IMG/VR virus record: IMGVR_UViG_3300024999_000073
Location: 1-64,000 of that record
Reading direction: 5' to 3' (one strand)
Length of the DNA: 64,000 nt
From: a virus
In this document: one piece after another, positions 9,852 to 19,873 of the stretch
How the letters are laid out: each line of letters begins with the position of its first letter
Position numbering within the stretch: the stretch's first letter is position 1
Made by a program: the position numbers and the translations under genes
Notes under the pieces: model-generated
Databases searched by the model: none
What the model was told of the DNA's origin: nothing
The model's input: only the letters and a program-made list of their open reading frames with translations

Positions 9852-11351
9852 ATGTCTACTCCTGCTCAAGCCTCACAATCCCGCATCTTTTTGATCGAGG
9901 GCCGTGCCGGTCCCACTCACGCGCCAAGTTATCACTCACAACTGCGTGCAACTGGCATTTCGGCTGGCTTTGGTGATATAGAGCCAATCCAGGAACCAGA
10001 TCCCGCTCGCTATGGCGACTTCATCGACGTCGGGCAAGTGGTTGGCGCTGAAGAACGTCCTACGTTCACCCTTGAAGGCCGTTTTGCCCTCGATCTCAAG
10101 AGCGACTTGTTGAGGCTCGCTCAACAGAAATGCGACTTGGACGTTCAAATTCATCTCGGCGCTTGCCAGGATCCGCGCGACTTCAACTCGTTCTCGAAAG
10201 CGATCATCCTGGAACGCGCCAGGGAGTCCACCTATAATACTGACGATCTTGGTGTACTGCAATCTGGCGATAACGCCGCTGTGAACGAAACCGCTGACAT
10301 TTCCGCGGGCAAGTTCTACGAAGTCGTTCCCATCAGCTACAGCGTCAAAGCCGGTACGATCATCACCAATGAGGCCCTGGACGTAGTAGTCTGCGACACC
10401 CGCTCCTGTGGTGAGTGCGAAGCACAAAGCGATGGTTGTCAGAAGATTTTCGTCATCACTAAATCCGCTGGCGGATCGCCTTCCACTCCCGCGGACGTGC
10501 TTTACTCCATCGATAAGGGAGTCAACTGGTACGCTCACGACATCGAAAGTCTGGGCGTCGCCGAAGACCCGTCTGCTATTGACTGCATCGCGCAGTATAT
10601 CGTAGTGGTGTCTGAGACATCGGTGAGTTTACATTACGCGCTCAAGAGCGAGTTCGATGGGCATTCAGACCCAACATGGACGGAAGTAACAACCGGCTTC
10701 GTGGCTGCGCATGGGCCAAATGGCATCTACGTGGTAGATGGCATCGCGTTCATCGTCGGCGATGGAGGCTATATCTACAAGAGCCTCGATCCGACTGCTG
10801 GCGTTACCGTCATGGAACCCGGCTCACTTACCACAGCCACACTCAGGAAAGTTCATGGGATTAGCTCCGCTTTCCTGGTTGCGGTGGGCGATAATGGCGC
10901 GATTCTGTACACCGCTGATGGTATTTCCTGGAACCTTTCGCCGACATCACCTGTTGGTTTCGCTGTGAATCTCACCGCGGTATGGATAAAGTCAGAGCGT
11001 GAATGGTTCGTGGGAACTTCTACGGGTCTGCTGTATTACACTGCAGACGCAGGCATTACCTGGACTCAGAAGTCGTTCTATGGCAGCGGCGCTGGCGCGG
11101 TTAGAGATATTTTCTTCTCCACCGATAGCGTCGGCTGGCTATCTCATTCCACGGCTACGCCGTTGGGACGCATCTTGCGCTCCTTTGATGGCGGGTATTC
11201 GTGGAAAATCACACCCGAGGTATCTGGCCTGATCTCTGCTAACGACCGCGTGAACGCGATTGGTGGTTGTGAAAACGACCCCAACTTCGTAGTTGGCGTG
11301 GGCCTGGCAGACGACGCCGCAGACGGGTTCATCGTAGTCGGTACCGGATAA
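9852..11351 (+). CDS. Probable major tail tube protein fused to a BNR beta-propeller
   Basis: Strong RBS AGGAGG; directly upstream of chaperone and tape-measure genes; SxDxGxxW Asp-box repeats. Confidence 0.7.
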   Translation: MSTPAQASQSRIFLIEGRAGPTHAPSYHSQLRATGISAGFGDIEPIQEPDPARYGDFIDVGQVVGAEERPTFTLEGRFALDLKSDLLRLAQQKCDLDVQIHLGACQDPRDFNSFSKAIILERARESTYNTDDLGVLQSGDNAAVNETADISAGKFYEVVPISYSVKAGTIITNEALDVVVCDTRSCGECEAQSDGCQKIFVITKSAGGSPSTPADVLYSIDKGVNWYAHDIESLGVAEDPSAIDCIAQYIVVVSETSVSLHYALKSEFDGHSDPTWTEVTTGFVAAHGPNGIYVVDGIAFIVGDGGYIYKSLDPTAGVTVMEPGSLTTATLRKVHGISSAFLVAVGDNGAILYTADGISWNLSPTSPVGFAVNLTAVWIKSEREWFVGTSTGLLYYTADAGITWTQKSFYGSGAGAVRDIFFSTDSVGWLSHSTATPLGRILRSFDGGYSWKITPEVSGLISANDRVNAIGGCENDPNFVVGVGLADDAADGFIVVGTG

Positions 11352-11369
11352 CAATCATAGGAGGCACGA

Positions 11370-11903
11370 ATGGCGAAAGATTCCGCCAATCCTGTATTGG
11401 ATGTGGCAAAAGGCAGAAAACAACCCAGTGTTACCGAGGTTGTGCTGGCCGACGGTACTGTCGGAAGGATAGTACCAGTATCAGCGGGCTTGATCGACGA
11501 CGTGACCGCTCGCATTCCCGACCCCTTACCGCCGATGATCTACATCGAAGAAAAAGGGCGTGAGGAAAGCAACCCGTCTGACCCCCGTTACCTGCAAGAC
11601 CTATCGAACACTGCACGCAGGCGTGGGTCTGCGGCTCTGGATGCTATGGTAATGTTCGGTCTAGAACTTCCGAATGGCGTACCAGAGAGCAATGGTTGGC
11701 TAGGTAAGCTCAAACTCATGCAGAAGTTGGATAAGATCGATCTGTCAAAATTTGACCTGGACGATCCCATAGAGCGTGAGTTCTTGTACAAGCGATACAT
11801 CGCCGCCAGCGCCGAAGTCATCGAACTGATCTCTAAGAGTACAGGAGTAACTGCGGAGGGAATTGTGCAAGCGGAGCAATCCTTTCGCAGTGACGCGGAA
11901 TAA
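11370..11903 (+). CDS. Tail assembly chaperone (gpG-like)
   Basis: Between tube and tape measure; RBS AGGAGG. Confidence 0.7.
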   Translation: MAKDSANPVLDVAKGRKQPSVTEVVLADGTVGRIVPVSAGLIDDVTARIPDPLPPMIYIEEKGREESNPSDPRYLQDLSNTARRRGSAALDAMVMFGLELPNGVPESNGWLGKLKLMQKLDKIDLSKFDLDDPIEREFLYKRYIAASAEVIELISKSTGVTAEGIVQAEQSFRSDAE

Positions 11904-12159
11904 TGAGCCGATACAATCTGTGGGAGTGCGCGGGGCCGTTGACCCGCGCATCTCCTACAGCATGTCCTTCAAAGAATGGCAGGCTTGTGTAGGATGCAGA
12001 TTAGACCTATGGAAATGGGAGAGAGGTGTATATTCCAATAGGTTTAAGGAACGAGTGATCGCATTCTATGGGCTGAGTCGTCAGATCGAAACCCATATCG
12101 AGGATGCCAAAGCCAGAGCCGCCGACAGGCAGCGCAAACGAGGAAAAGGTAGAGGCTAA
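11884..12159 (+). CDS. Chaperone extension (gpT-like), probably reached by a +1 frameshift
   Basis: Overlaps the chaperone end in the +1 frame; no clear RBS; TCC TTT CGC at 11880-11888. Confidence 0.55.
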   Translation, partial: FAVTRNNEPIQSVGVRGAVDPRISYSMSFKEWQACVGCRLDLWKWERGVYSNRFKERVIAFYGLSRQIETHIEDAKARAADRQRKRGKGRG

Positions 12160-15100
12160 TGGCTACCAGAACCAGCGGTATTGATCTATTACTGCGAGGC
12201 TTTTCCTCGTTCATTTCTGGTCTCGGTCAAGCGCAGAAAGCATACGAGAAAACGGGGGATGCAGCCGAGAAGTTTCGTCGTCGGATTGAAGCGGCGGCAA
12301 ATACAGCACAGAACGCAAATCAACGTGCATCTAATGCTTATATTGCTTTGATGAACGCGCAGTTAAGACAGGCACAGGCATTAGACCAGCTTGTAAAAGC
12401 GAATAATCGTCTTGATGCAGCGATGCGCGGAACAGATTTAGATGAGCAGGAACAAGCCGCTGAGGATTATATAAGAGCTTTGTCTAATTGGGAGCAGACG
12501 GTTAGTAAGACCGCTATGGCACAACAAGGTTTGACTATTGCTCTCAATAATGCTACACAAGCTCAAAACAAACTAGGCTATGCACAAGCCGACGCAGCCA
12601 AAGCAGGCGGCAGTTTCCTATCACAAATCCTGTCTATGATCCCTGGCTTGAGTGGACTGGCTACGGCAGGCACAGGCGTCGGTATTGCGCTTGTTGGAAT
12701 TCAACTTGGATTTAGCGCGCTTGGCTTTGCCGCTAAAGCAGTAAGTGGCGTGCTTAGCGGTATCTGGAATGCAATGATGTTTGGGGTGAATGTAGTAAAG
12801 AATCTGGCTACAGGATTATTACACCTGGCGCAGAATGTGATAGGCATCGTCGTAAGGGCGTTAGGCCAGTTACTATCACCCCTAAAGCAATTTCTTGGTC
12901 ATGTATTAGAGATTGCCACAGGAGTCGCGTTATTCCACTGGTTACAGAACGCGGGGCAAATGTTCAAGAACCTGGCATCCGAAGTCATTGCGGCTGTTGC
13001 GAGTTTCCAAACCCTCGACATACGCTTGAAATCATTGGTGGCACGTGATTACGCCCGCAACATCGGCGTGTCGATGACAGAGGCATTCAAGGCTACTACT
13101 GGTGCCGCTGCCGGTCTATTCGACTGGCTTCGGAAACTTGCAATCACCACACCATTCACCATAGCAGATATTTCAGATGTTTACACTATGGCACAAGCCA
13201 TGAGTCTAACAACAGATATGTCTAAAGAACTCGTGGCTGCTCTGATTAACTTTACATCTGGAATGGGGTTATCCGCCGAAGTCATGTGGCGTTTGGTTTA
13301 TAACTTCGGCCAGATGATACAACGCGGTAAATTGTCCGGTGAGGAGTTCCGAGATTTATCGCGTAACTTTGCCCCTATTGATGACATCATGAAACAAATG
13401 GCCGAGGAAGCAGGTATGACGAAGAATGCTTTCAGAGACCTTGCTCTCGAAGGCGGTGTTCCTGTATTAGACTTTCTGAAGAAATTCATCGAGATGGCTA
13501 ACACAGACTTTCCAGAGGCTGCTAAAGAAATGGCGCGTACTCTGATGGGCATTCAAAATAACCTGAAAGATTTCATACAAGGCTTTATCGGAGTAGACAT
13601 CGTAAAGCCAACGTTAGATAAAATCACTAGCATTGCCGCGGATATGTTCGATAGACTTATGAAAGACCCAGTTCTGGCGGCCAGCACAAAGATGCTCGGT
13701 GAAGTTCTATTACGCGCTTTCGAGATGCTAATTGGTCCCGTGGACGCTTTGATGGATGCCATAGGCGCGCTTGCGGAGTCATTCGGAATACTTGGTGGAA
13801 AAATTGCTTTTACAACAGGAGAGTGGAATAAGTCTGCGAGTGATATGGCAAGGGGCGCAGATACGGTTTATAGACTGATTTATTCTATTTCTATCGGTAT
13901 CGCCACCTTTTTTACGATTATCTCTACAGCTATAGAATGGGCGGCGGGGAAGATTAAAGAATTTGCAGCCACACATAAGACAACCTTTGGCGAGATGATC
14001 TCCAGAGCATTCAATTGGGGAGTAAAGTTTCTAACTGCGTTTGCTAATGGCCTGGCTAGAGGCATAGAAGTCGTTGCCGGTGTTCTCAACACGATTGCGA
14101 ACCTTTTACATGATTGGTTTGGCTGGTCTGCAACGCCTATCCTGGCTCAGAATATGGCGATGTGGGGAGCTAAGACGTTCGAGGAGTGGATCAGAGGTTT
14201 CTCACTGGCCGACTTCAGCATGTTCGACGACATCGCTTCGTTGGTCGAGTCCTACATGCGCAGCATCGCAGATAAGATCGGCGGCGAAGAAGGCGTCGAT
14301 CTCATACCCAAGATATTGGGGGAACGGTCGGCAATAGCCGCGGCCATAGCTCAAGTGCGCGCGGGTCTGATGAGCGTGACTCAAGCTGTAAGAACGATGG
14401 TAAGCGGGATCGGCGGCGCTAATACAGAGTTTAGTTCTTACATCACAAAATTATTCGAGATCGCGGGTGCGGAGCGCGCGGTTGAACTCGCGTCTCAGAA
14501 GGTAAAGGAAGCACAAGATGCCGTCAACGCCGTTACTAAGAAGTATGAGGGTATCCTTGCTTCCTTACATGCCCAACTCACGGAGGTTACTACAGGCTAT
14601 GACGAGCAAGTCCGGTTACGCGAAATCGCTGGCGCGATGGCTACTCAACTGCTTACGGCTGAGGAGCGCGAACGACTGGAGATGGAGAAGCGTGGCATCG
14701 AAATTCAGCAACAAATTAGAGCGACGGAAGCTCAGCGCGACTCTGAACTTAGCGCAGCCGAAGAAGCATTGGCAGCGGCTAAGCTCGAAGAAGAAACCGC
14801 AAAGGCGCATTTAGACTTGCTGAAAGCACAGGCCGATGCCCTGAAAGAGCAAATCCAGGCCATCACAGAGCAGAATAACCTCTTGAAAGACCAGGCCGAA
14901 TTGCTCAAGAGGATCGCAGAAGCCAATAAAGAATTGCAGGACACTATACAGCCATACACGAAGCCAGACATCGGGGCCGGACTCAAAGACGCTTTCGCGG
15001 GTCTTGATAAAATATTTGCCGAAGCCCAAAAGAATGCAGATGCCTTTTTTGCAGCCTTGGACAGAATTGGGCAAGCTGTGAAGGGTGGTGATCTGTTTGG

Positions 15101-16493
15101 CGCGTTCGATAATCTCAAAACCTCTCTTGGAAACCTCGGTACTGTGATCGGTGGTTTCCTCAGCAATGATTGGGCCGGTAAACTGATCGGAGCATGGCAG
15201 AAAATCCGGGCTTGGCTTGGTGTTCCTGAGGGCATGTCATTCATTGAATGGCTTGGAATTGAGCTAGAGAAATTCCAGAAGAAAGTAGAGACGGTATGGG
15301 GGGCTATACAATATGTCCTAGAGCCTCTCACCAATGCAATTAGTAATTTCGCTAAAGCAGTTGGAGTTAGTGCATCTTTGTCTTTGGAAGGCATTGGCAC
15401 ATTGATTGCTGTAGTCATGCAACTTCTCGGAATTCCAACAGATGCCGAACAGCGTGCAACAACGTTGAATGTGGCAATGGTTATACTTTTGAATACCATC
15501 CGTGCAATTTCTGAGATACCAGCATTCATATTAAATACTATTAGTAATGTGATTGTCAGCCTTGCAGTTGCTTTCAAGACTATGGCTGATTTCTTGAAAT
15601 TAGTCATTGACATTGGTGCAACTGTAAAAGATATTGGCAATATAGGTAAAGAGATGCTTGCGGGAGCGATCATTGCTTTCTTCAATGTTCTTACGGCGAA
15701 AGATATAGAGGGTCGTAGGCAAGCCTTAGAGGACTTCAACAAAGAATTGCAGAAGACGTTCTTGCCTGCTTATGAACAGGCATTCACTGATATGGATACC
15801 GCGTGGACGGACTTCACAAACAGTTTATCCGAGAACATTAAAACTGCGAGAGGCTATTTCTTCGGTGATAGCGATAAGAGTATTAACAAATTGATGGATG
15901 ACACCAAGCAAAAAATTGTCAACACTGCTGACGAATCCGAGGCAAGATGGTCAGAACAATGGGCATCCATGAGAGATAATGTTACTGTAGACACTGTGCC
16001 CGAAATCATCAAATCATTGGGGTTGTTAGATGCGCCAATAAATGATTTGAAAGACATCACTTTCAGGAAATTAGGAGAGGCTACAGATACGCTGAAAGGC
16101 CAATTCGATAATCTCAAGACCGCCATAGACGGAGTCGCGTCTGCTATTTCTGCTTTGGATGGATTGCAGATTACTATTGCTGTGGCCGACGTCAACGGTA
16201 TGCAATTAGGAGGCCCCGTTACCGCAGGCAGGCCGGTAGTTGTGGGTGAGCACAGACCAGAACTGTTCTTACCCCAAGTCAATGGTGTGGTTCTGCCAAA
16301 CGTGCCGCGCTTCTGGGAGCAAATGCTAAGCAGACAAAACCAGGGCGTGAGTTATGCCGCGCCCGCAGTGGCCGCTCCACAGAATATAGACAACAGCATC
16401 CATATCAATGTGGACGCCAATTACAAGAACATGCAATCATCGGCTTCGGTAAGGTATGACATAGAGGCAGCATTGGCGGCGGCGTGGAGGTAG
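12159..16493 (+). CDS. Tape measure protein
   Basis: 1444 aa, Ala-rich helical; TPFTI and GKLSGEEFRDL motifs; C-terminal GGPV...VGEHRPELF. Confidence 0.95.
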   Translation: MATRTSGIDLLLRGFSSFISGLGQAQKAYEKTGDAAEKFRRRIEAAANTAQNANQRASNAYIALMNAQLRQAQALDQLVKANNRLDAAMRGTDLDEQEQAAEDYIRALSNWEQTVSKTAMAQQGLTIALNNATQAQNKLGYAQADAAKAGGSFLSQILSMIPGLSGLATAGTGVGIALVGIQLGFSALGFAAKAVSGVLSGIWNAMMFGVNVVKNLATGLLHLAQNVIGIVVRALGQLLSPLKQFLGHVLEIATGVALFHWLQNAGQMFKNLASEVIAAVASFQTLDIRLKSLVARDYARNIGVSMTEAFKATTGAAAGLFDWLRKLAITTPFTIADISDVYTMAQAMSLTTDMSKELVAALINFTSGMGLSAEVMWRLVYNFGQMIQRGKLSGEEFRDLSRNFAPIDDIMKQMAEEAGMTKNAFRDLALEGGVPVLDFLKKFIEMANTDFPEAAKEMARTLMGIQNNLKDFIQGFIGVDIVKPTLDKITSIAADMFDRLMKDPVLAASTKMLGEVLLRAFEMLIGPVDALMDAIGALAESFGILGGKIAFTTGEWNKSASDMARGADTVYRLIYSISIGIATFFTIISTAIEWAAGKIKEFAATHKTTFGEMISRAFNWGVKFLTAFANGLARGIEVVAGVLNTIANLLHDWFGWSATPILAQNMAMWGAKTFEEWIRGFSLADFSMFDDIASLVESYMRSIADKIGGEEGVDLIPKILGERSAIAAAIAQVRAGLMSVTQAVRTMVSGIGGANTEFSSYITKLFEIAGAERAVELASQKVKEAQDAVNAVTKKYEGILASLHAQLTEVTTGYDEQVRLREIAGAMATQLLTAEERERLEMEKRGIEIQQQIRATEAQRDSELSAAEEALAAAKLEEETAKAHLDLLKAQADALKEQIQAITEQNNLLKDQAELLKRIAEANKELQDTIQPYTKPDIGAGLKDAFAGLDKIFAEAQKNADAFFAALDRIGQAVKGGDLFGAFDNLKTSLGNLGTVIGGFLSNDWAGKLIGAWQKIRAWLGVPEGMSFIEWLGIELEKFQKKVETVWGAIQYVLEPLTNAISNFAKAVGVSASLSLEGIGTLIAVVMQLLGIPTDAEQRATTLNVAMVILLNTIRAISEIPAFILNTISNVIVSLAVAFKTMADFLKLVIDIGATVKDIGNIGKEMLAGAIIAFFNVLTAKDIEGRRQALEDFNKELQKTFLPAYEQAFTDMDTAWTDFTNSLSENIKTARGYFFGDSDKSINKLMDDTKQKIVNTADESEARWSEQWASMRDNVTVDTVPEIIKSLGLLDAPINDLKDITFRKLGEATDTLKGQFDNLKTAIDGVASAISALDGLQITIAVADVNGMQLGGPVTAGRPVVVGEHRPELFLPQVNGVVLPNVPRFWEQMLSRQNQGVSYAAPAVAAPQNIDNSIHINVDANYKNMQSSASVRYDIEAALAAAWR

Positions 16494-16496
16494 TGA

Positions 16497-17435
16497 ATGA
16501 GACCGAAGCTGATCGAGTTCACCCAATACATAGCGCCAGATGGTAAGGTGTATAAGTTCGACGACCATTATCGATTCTTGATTTCAGAGAGTGGTTTTAG
16601 TTTGCCTGGGATAGACTTCATCGATCAGCAAGGGCCTCTACAGCACGGCAAAACCATTTATGACTACAGATTGCAACCGCGCATAGTACAGTTAATGATT
16701 CGAACCAATGGCTGTGATCGTGAGGATTATTGGAATAAACGTGCGAACCTTCTCAATTATATACGTCCTAATCGCCAGTCATTAAATACATTCGCTTTGG
16801 GTAGACTTCAAAAAATATTGCCCAATGGGGATAAGCGTATTTTGAATGTTATTGTCGAACAAGGGCCAGAGTTTACTGCCAGAGAACAAAATCGATGGGA
16901 TGAATTTGGCTTTACCACTGCCTTGAGATTCGTAGCACCGGACCCCACGTTTTACGATCCGACATTAATGAATCATAGTATTGCTATGGGTAGCGGTGAT
17001 ATTGACTTGATATTTCCAATCACATTTGGAAACAATAATATCATCTTTGGCGCGTTGTCTGGCTCTTATGGAGTAACCATTAATTATACAGGTACATGGT
17101 TAGCATATCCACAAATTATATTGAATGGCCCAATGCAAGATGTCATAGTGACCAATATTACCACAGGAGAACAAATTGACATATCATCATACTCGATTGT
17201 TGCAGGAGAAGTTGTTACGATCAACCTTGAGTTCGGCAATAAGACTATTACCAGCAGCATAAATGGAAATATCATCGCTTATGTGGAATCCACCAGCAAT
17301 ATGGCAACTTTCCATATCGAACCCGAACCCGGTGCAGTTGGCGGCGTAAACGTCATTTCTGTCAGTTGTGCTAATCTGACTCCTGGGCTATCAAGTTTTT
17401 CGGTTTCATACTATACACGCTACATAGGAATTTAA
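16497..17435 (+). CDS. Distal tail protein (Dit)
   Basis: Follows TMP; PRIVQL, LRFVAPDPTFY and YPQIILNGP motifs. Confidence 0.85.
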   Translation: MRPKLIEFTQYIAPDGKVYKFDDHYRFLISESGFSLPGIDFIDQQGPLQHGKTIYDYRLQPRIVQLMIRTNGCDREDYWNKRANLLNYIRPNRQSLNTFALGRLQKILPNGDKRILNVIVEQGPEFTAREQNRWDEFGFTTALRFVAPDPTFYDPTLMNHSIAMGSGDIDLIFPITFGNNNIIFGALSGSYGVTINYTGTWLAYPQIILNGPMQDVIVTNITTGEQIDISSYSIVAGEVVTINLEFGNKTITSSINGNIIAYVESTSNMATFHIEPEPGAVGGVNVISVSCANLTPGLSSFSVSYYTRYIGI

Positions 17436-17436
17436 T

Positions 17437-18273
17437 ATGTCAGAGAGCAGCTATTTTTGGGATGGAATCGCAGTCGGCCACGCAATATTGGCTCCATACA
17501 AGGGGGCCACATTTGGGCAGGTATTGTTACGTCCATACAAAATCGAAGGCAGACTGAGAAGTTATCTCCAGGAATTAGAAGGTTTCATCTCCGGGAATAC
17601 TATTACAGTCCATCCCGGTGCAGCTTTTATTGATAATTCCGTTTATATTTCTGATGCTGACGTGCAACATGTTGTTGTAATACCGCCAGCGGACATTTAC
17701 TATTATACATTGGTGCTTAGAAAAATATACGCAACACAAGAAATCCGCCAGGTCATGCTAGGGCCGATTGCCTATCCGGGAACATATCCGACTCCCACCA
17801 TCAATAGTAGTATGTACGAGGCTGTTTTAGGTTATTACCAAACCTCGACATTTCCAGTACCACATGTTTCTGGCAGCGTTTCTATGGATATAATTTATCC
17901 AACAGGCATTGGGCGGGTGCCGTTGATATCCAGACAGGGCGGAAGCGCGACAGACTGGTCTTCGCCAGGAATAACAACACGCGTCGTAGCCGCCCTCGAA
18001 CCGACTATGCAAGCTGGAGTTGCAAAATGGACGGGAGCGTTAGCATCCAGTGGCAACATAGCCATAACGTTTCCTCAAGCGTTCGATTATCCACCGATAG
18101 TATTAGTCATGGTACATTATGGCTTTACAGTAACCGATAGAATCCCGGTTGTTGGCGTGGCTAATATTACCGCTGCTGGCGCTACAATCTATTGGAAAGA
18201 GTTTGGGCCTTATTCTTACACTGAACTAGACATAGGCTGGATTGCGCTGGGGCCATTAGGAGCGACACGATGA
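17437..18273 (+). CDS. Baseplate/minor tail protein, paralog 1 (C-terminal lectin-like domain)
   Basis: MSESSYFWDG...LAPY N-terminus shared with next two ORFs; ITFPQAFDYPP. Confidence 0.7.
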   Translation: MSESSYFWDGIAVGHAILAPYKGATFGQVLLRPYKIEGRLRSYLQELEGFISGNTITVHPGAAFIDNSVYISDADVQHVVVIPPADIYYYTLVLRKIYATQEIRQVMLGPIAYPGTYPTPTINSSMYEAVLGYYQTSTFPVPHVSGSVSMDIIYPTGIGRVPLISRQGGSATDWSSPGITTRVVAALEPTMQAGVAKWTGALASSGNIAITFPQAFDYPPIVLVMVHYGFTVTDRIPVVGVANITAAGATIYWKEFGPYSYTELDIGWIALGPLGATR

Positions 18274-19049
18274 CCGAGAGAAGCTGGTATTGGCGCGGAT
18301 TAATCACGGGGGATGCCTCTCTTGCTCCATATAACAACGACGAGTGGTCTGACAATATTCGCATTCTCCTGGAGGCGGATCGAACGGTAGCGTCTATCAT
18401 TGGGGGTTATCTAAATAATCTTCAAGTTTATTATGCCTCAGGAACGACCGTCTATCTCTTTTCAGGTGCAGCAATAGTCGATGGGAAACTATATGTAAAT
18501 ACCGACAACATTTCATTTGCTATAACCGTTCCAGGTGCAGGGGTAAATACATATAGGATCGTTCTCAGAAAATCTTGGGCAGCGCAGACGATTGTGGCTG
18601 CTAGGCTTGAACTATTAGGCGGCCCCGGATATCCTGTGTTAACTCAAAATGATGGCGTGATATGGGAAGTTCCGCTGGCGAATATTACAGTCGCCCCTGG
18701 ACCTGTTGTCACATTAGTGGATGCCAGAAGATATTTGAACACCAGTCAGTATCGCGATCTCAGTTCGATGAATCTTACCAAAGATAACCGGCAAAAAATG
18801 CAGTGTGGGGTAGTGCGTTGGACTGGCGGTGCATCATCCAATGGCAATGTGACAGTCACATTCCCACAACCGTATGATATTGCCGATTCAATAGTAGTGG
18901 TCAGTCATCTCGGTAATTTCAACGTCAACCTAGTAACCAATAGTCCAAATACTACACAATTTACGATATATTGGGAGGATCGAGATGGAGCAACACACAC
19001 TCAGGTAGATATAGCCTGGATAGTTATGGGGATGAAGGAGCAGCTATGA
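18270..19049 (+). CDS. Baseplate/minor tail protein, paralog 2
   Basis: MTERSWYWRG..GDASLAPY; GAAIVDG; WEVPLA; VTFPQPY. Confidence 0.7.
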   Translation: MTERSWYWRGLITGDASLAPYNNDEWSDNIRILLEADRTVASIIGGYLNNLQVYYASGTTVYLFSGAAIVDGKLYVNTDNISFAITVPGAGVNTYRIVLRKSWAAQTIVAARLELLGGPGYPVLTQNDGVIWEVPLANITVAPGPVVTLVDARRYLNTSQYRDLSSMNLTKDNRQKMQCGVVRWTGGASSNGNVTVTFPQPYDIADSIVVVSHLGNFNVNLVTNSPNTTQFTIYWEDRDGATHTQVDIAWIVMGMKEQL

Positions 19050-19873
19050 CTCAGCTAAGCTATTTTTGGGATGGCAGTACGATTGGCGACGCCGCTCTGG
19101 CCCCATACAATATAGAAGACATCCATGCCCTGTTAGATATATTGTTTATGTCAGATAATACGCGCGAGGGAGTAATCGGCGGGTATCTCAATATGTTGGC
19201 CGTCACCAACACAGGCGGCCTGAATATGCAAGTAGACACCGGTGCAGCTTTAATCAAAGGATATTTCTATACCAATGACGCTGCTAAAGCATCAGCAGTA
19301 GTCATGCCAGGTGCGGGCTATAATTATTATACTTATGTATTGCGTTTGGACGTTGCCGCCCAAACTATTAGAGCAGTGGCGCTGGGGCCGAGTGCAAGTG
19401 GGTATCCTACAGTGACACAAACCGCGGCTACATGGGAGATAGAACTTGCCAGGGTGCGAGTAGACAATATTGGAACTGTATCAGTCACAGACCGACGTAT
19501 CCTACAACGCTGCAATGGGTATCAAACGATAAAACTGAGAGCGCGACAAGGTGGTAGCTCTGAAACAGCATATCTGGGAGGGTCGAACAATTATGAGCCA
19601 AGCAAAGGTTGGCTGCTGATGGGTCTCAGCTATTTCTACTTTGGAGGGCCTGGCGCGCAATCTGGTGGAACACCACTGTCACAATATTACACCGGAGAGC
19701 TTCCGAGTGGAAGCCTCATCACTATTATCGGCCAGGCGCGTACTACAGATGACAATATCTGCACTTATATTGAACCTTTCTGGCAATGGTTGATATGGGT
19801 TGACGCAACAGGCGCTCTGCATAATGGTTTCTATATGCACTGGATTTGTGTTGGCATTTCTTGGGGGTATTGA
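19046..19873 (+). CDS. Baseplate/minor tail protein, paralog 3
   Basis: MTQLSYFWDG..GDAALAPY; RBS AAGGAG; ATGA overlap with upstream stop. Confidence 0.7.
   Translation: MTQLSYFWDGSTIGDAALAPYNIEDIHALLDILFMSDNTREGVIGGYLNMLAVTNTGGLNMQVDTGAALIKGYFYTNDAAKASAVVMPGAGYNYYTYVLRLDVAAQTIRAVALGPSASGYPTVTQTAATWEIELARVRVDNIGTVSVTDRRILQRCNGYQTIKLRARQGGSSETAYLGGSNNYEPSKGWLLMGLSYFYFGGPGAQSGGTPLSQYYTGELPSGSLITIIGQARTTDDNICTYIEPFWQWLIWVDATGALHNGFYMHWICVGISWGY

Noticed and set aside
14732-15742. 336-aa minus-strand ORF
   Set aside because: Antisense shadow of the tape measure gene; the same applies to 55583-56497, 38829-39698 and 36278-37048.
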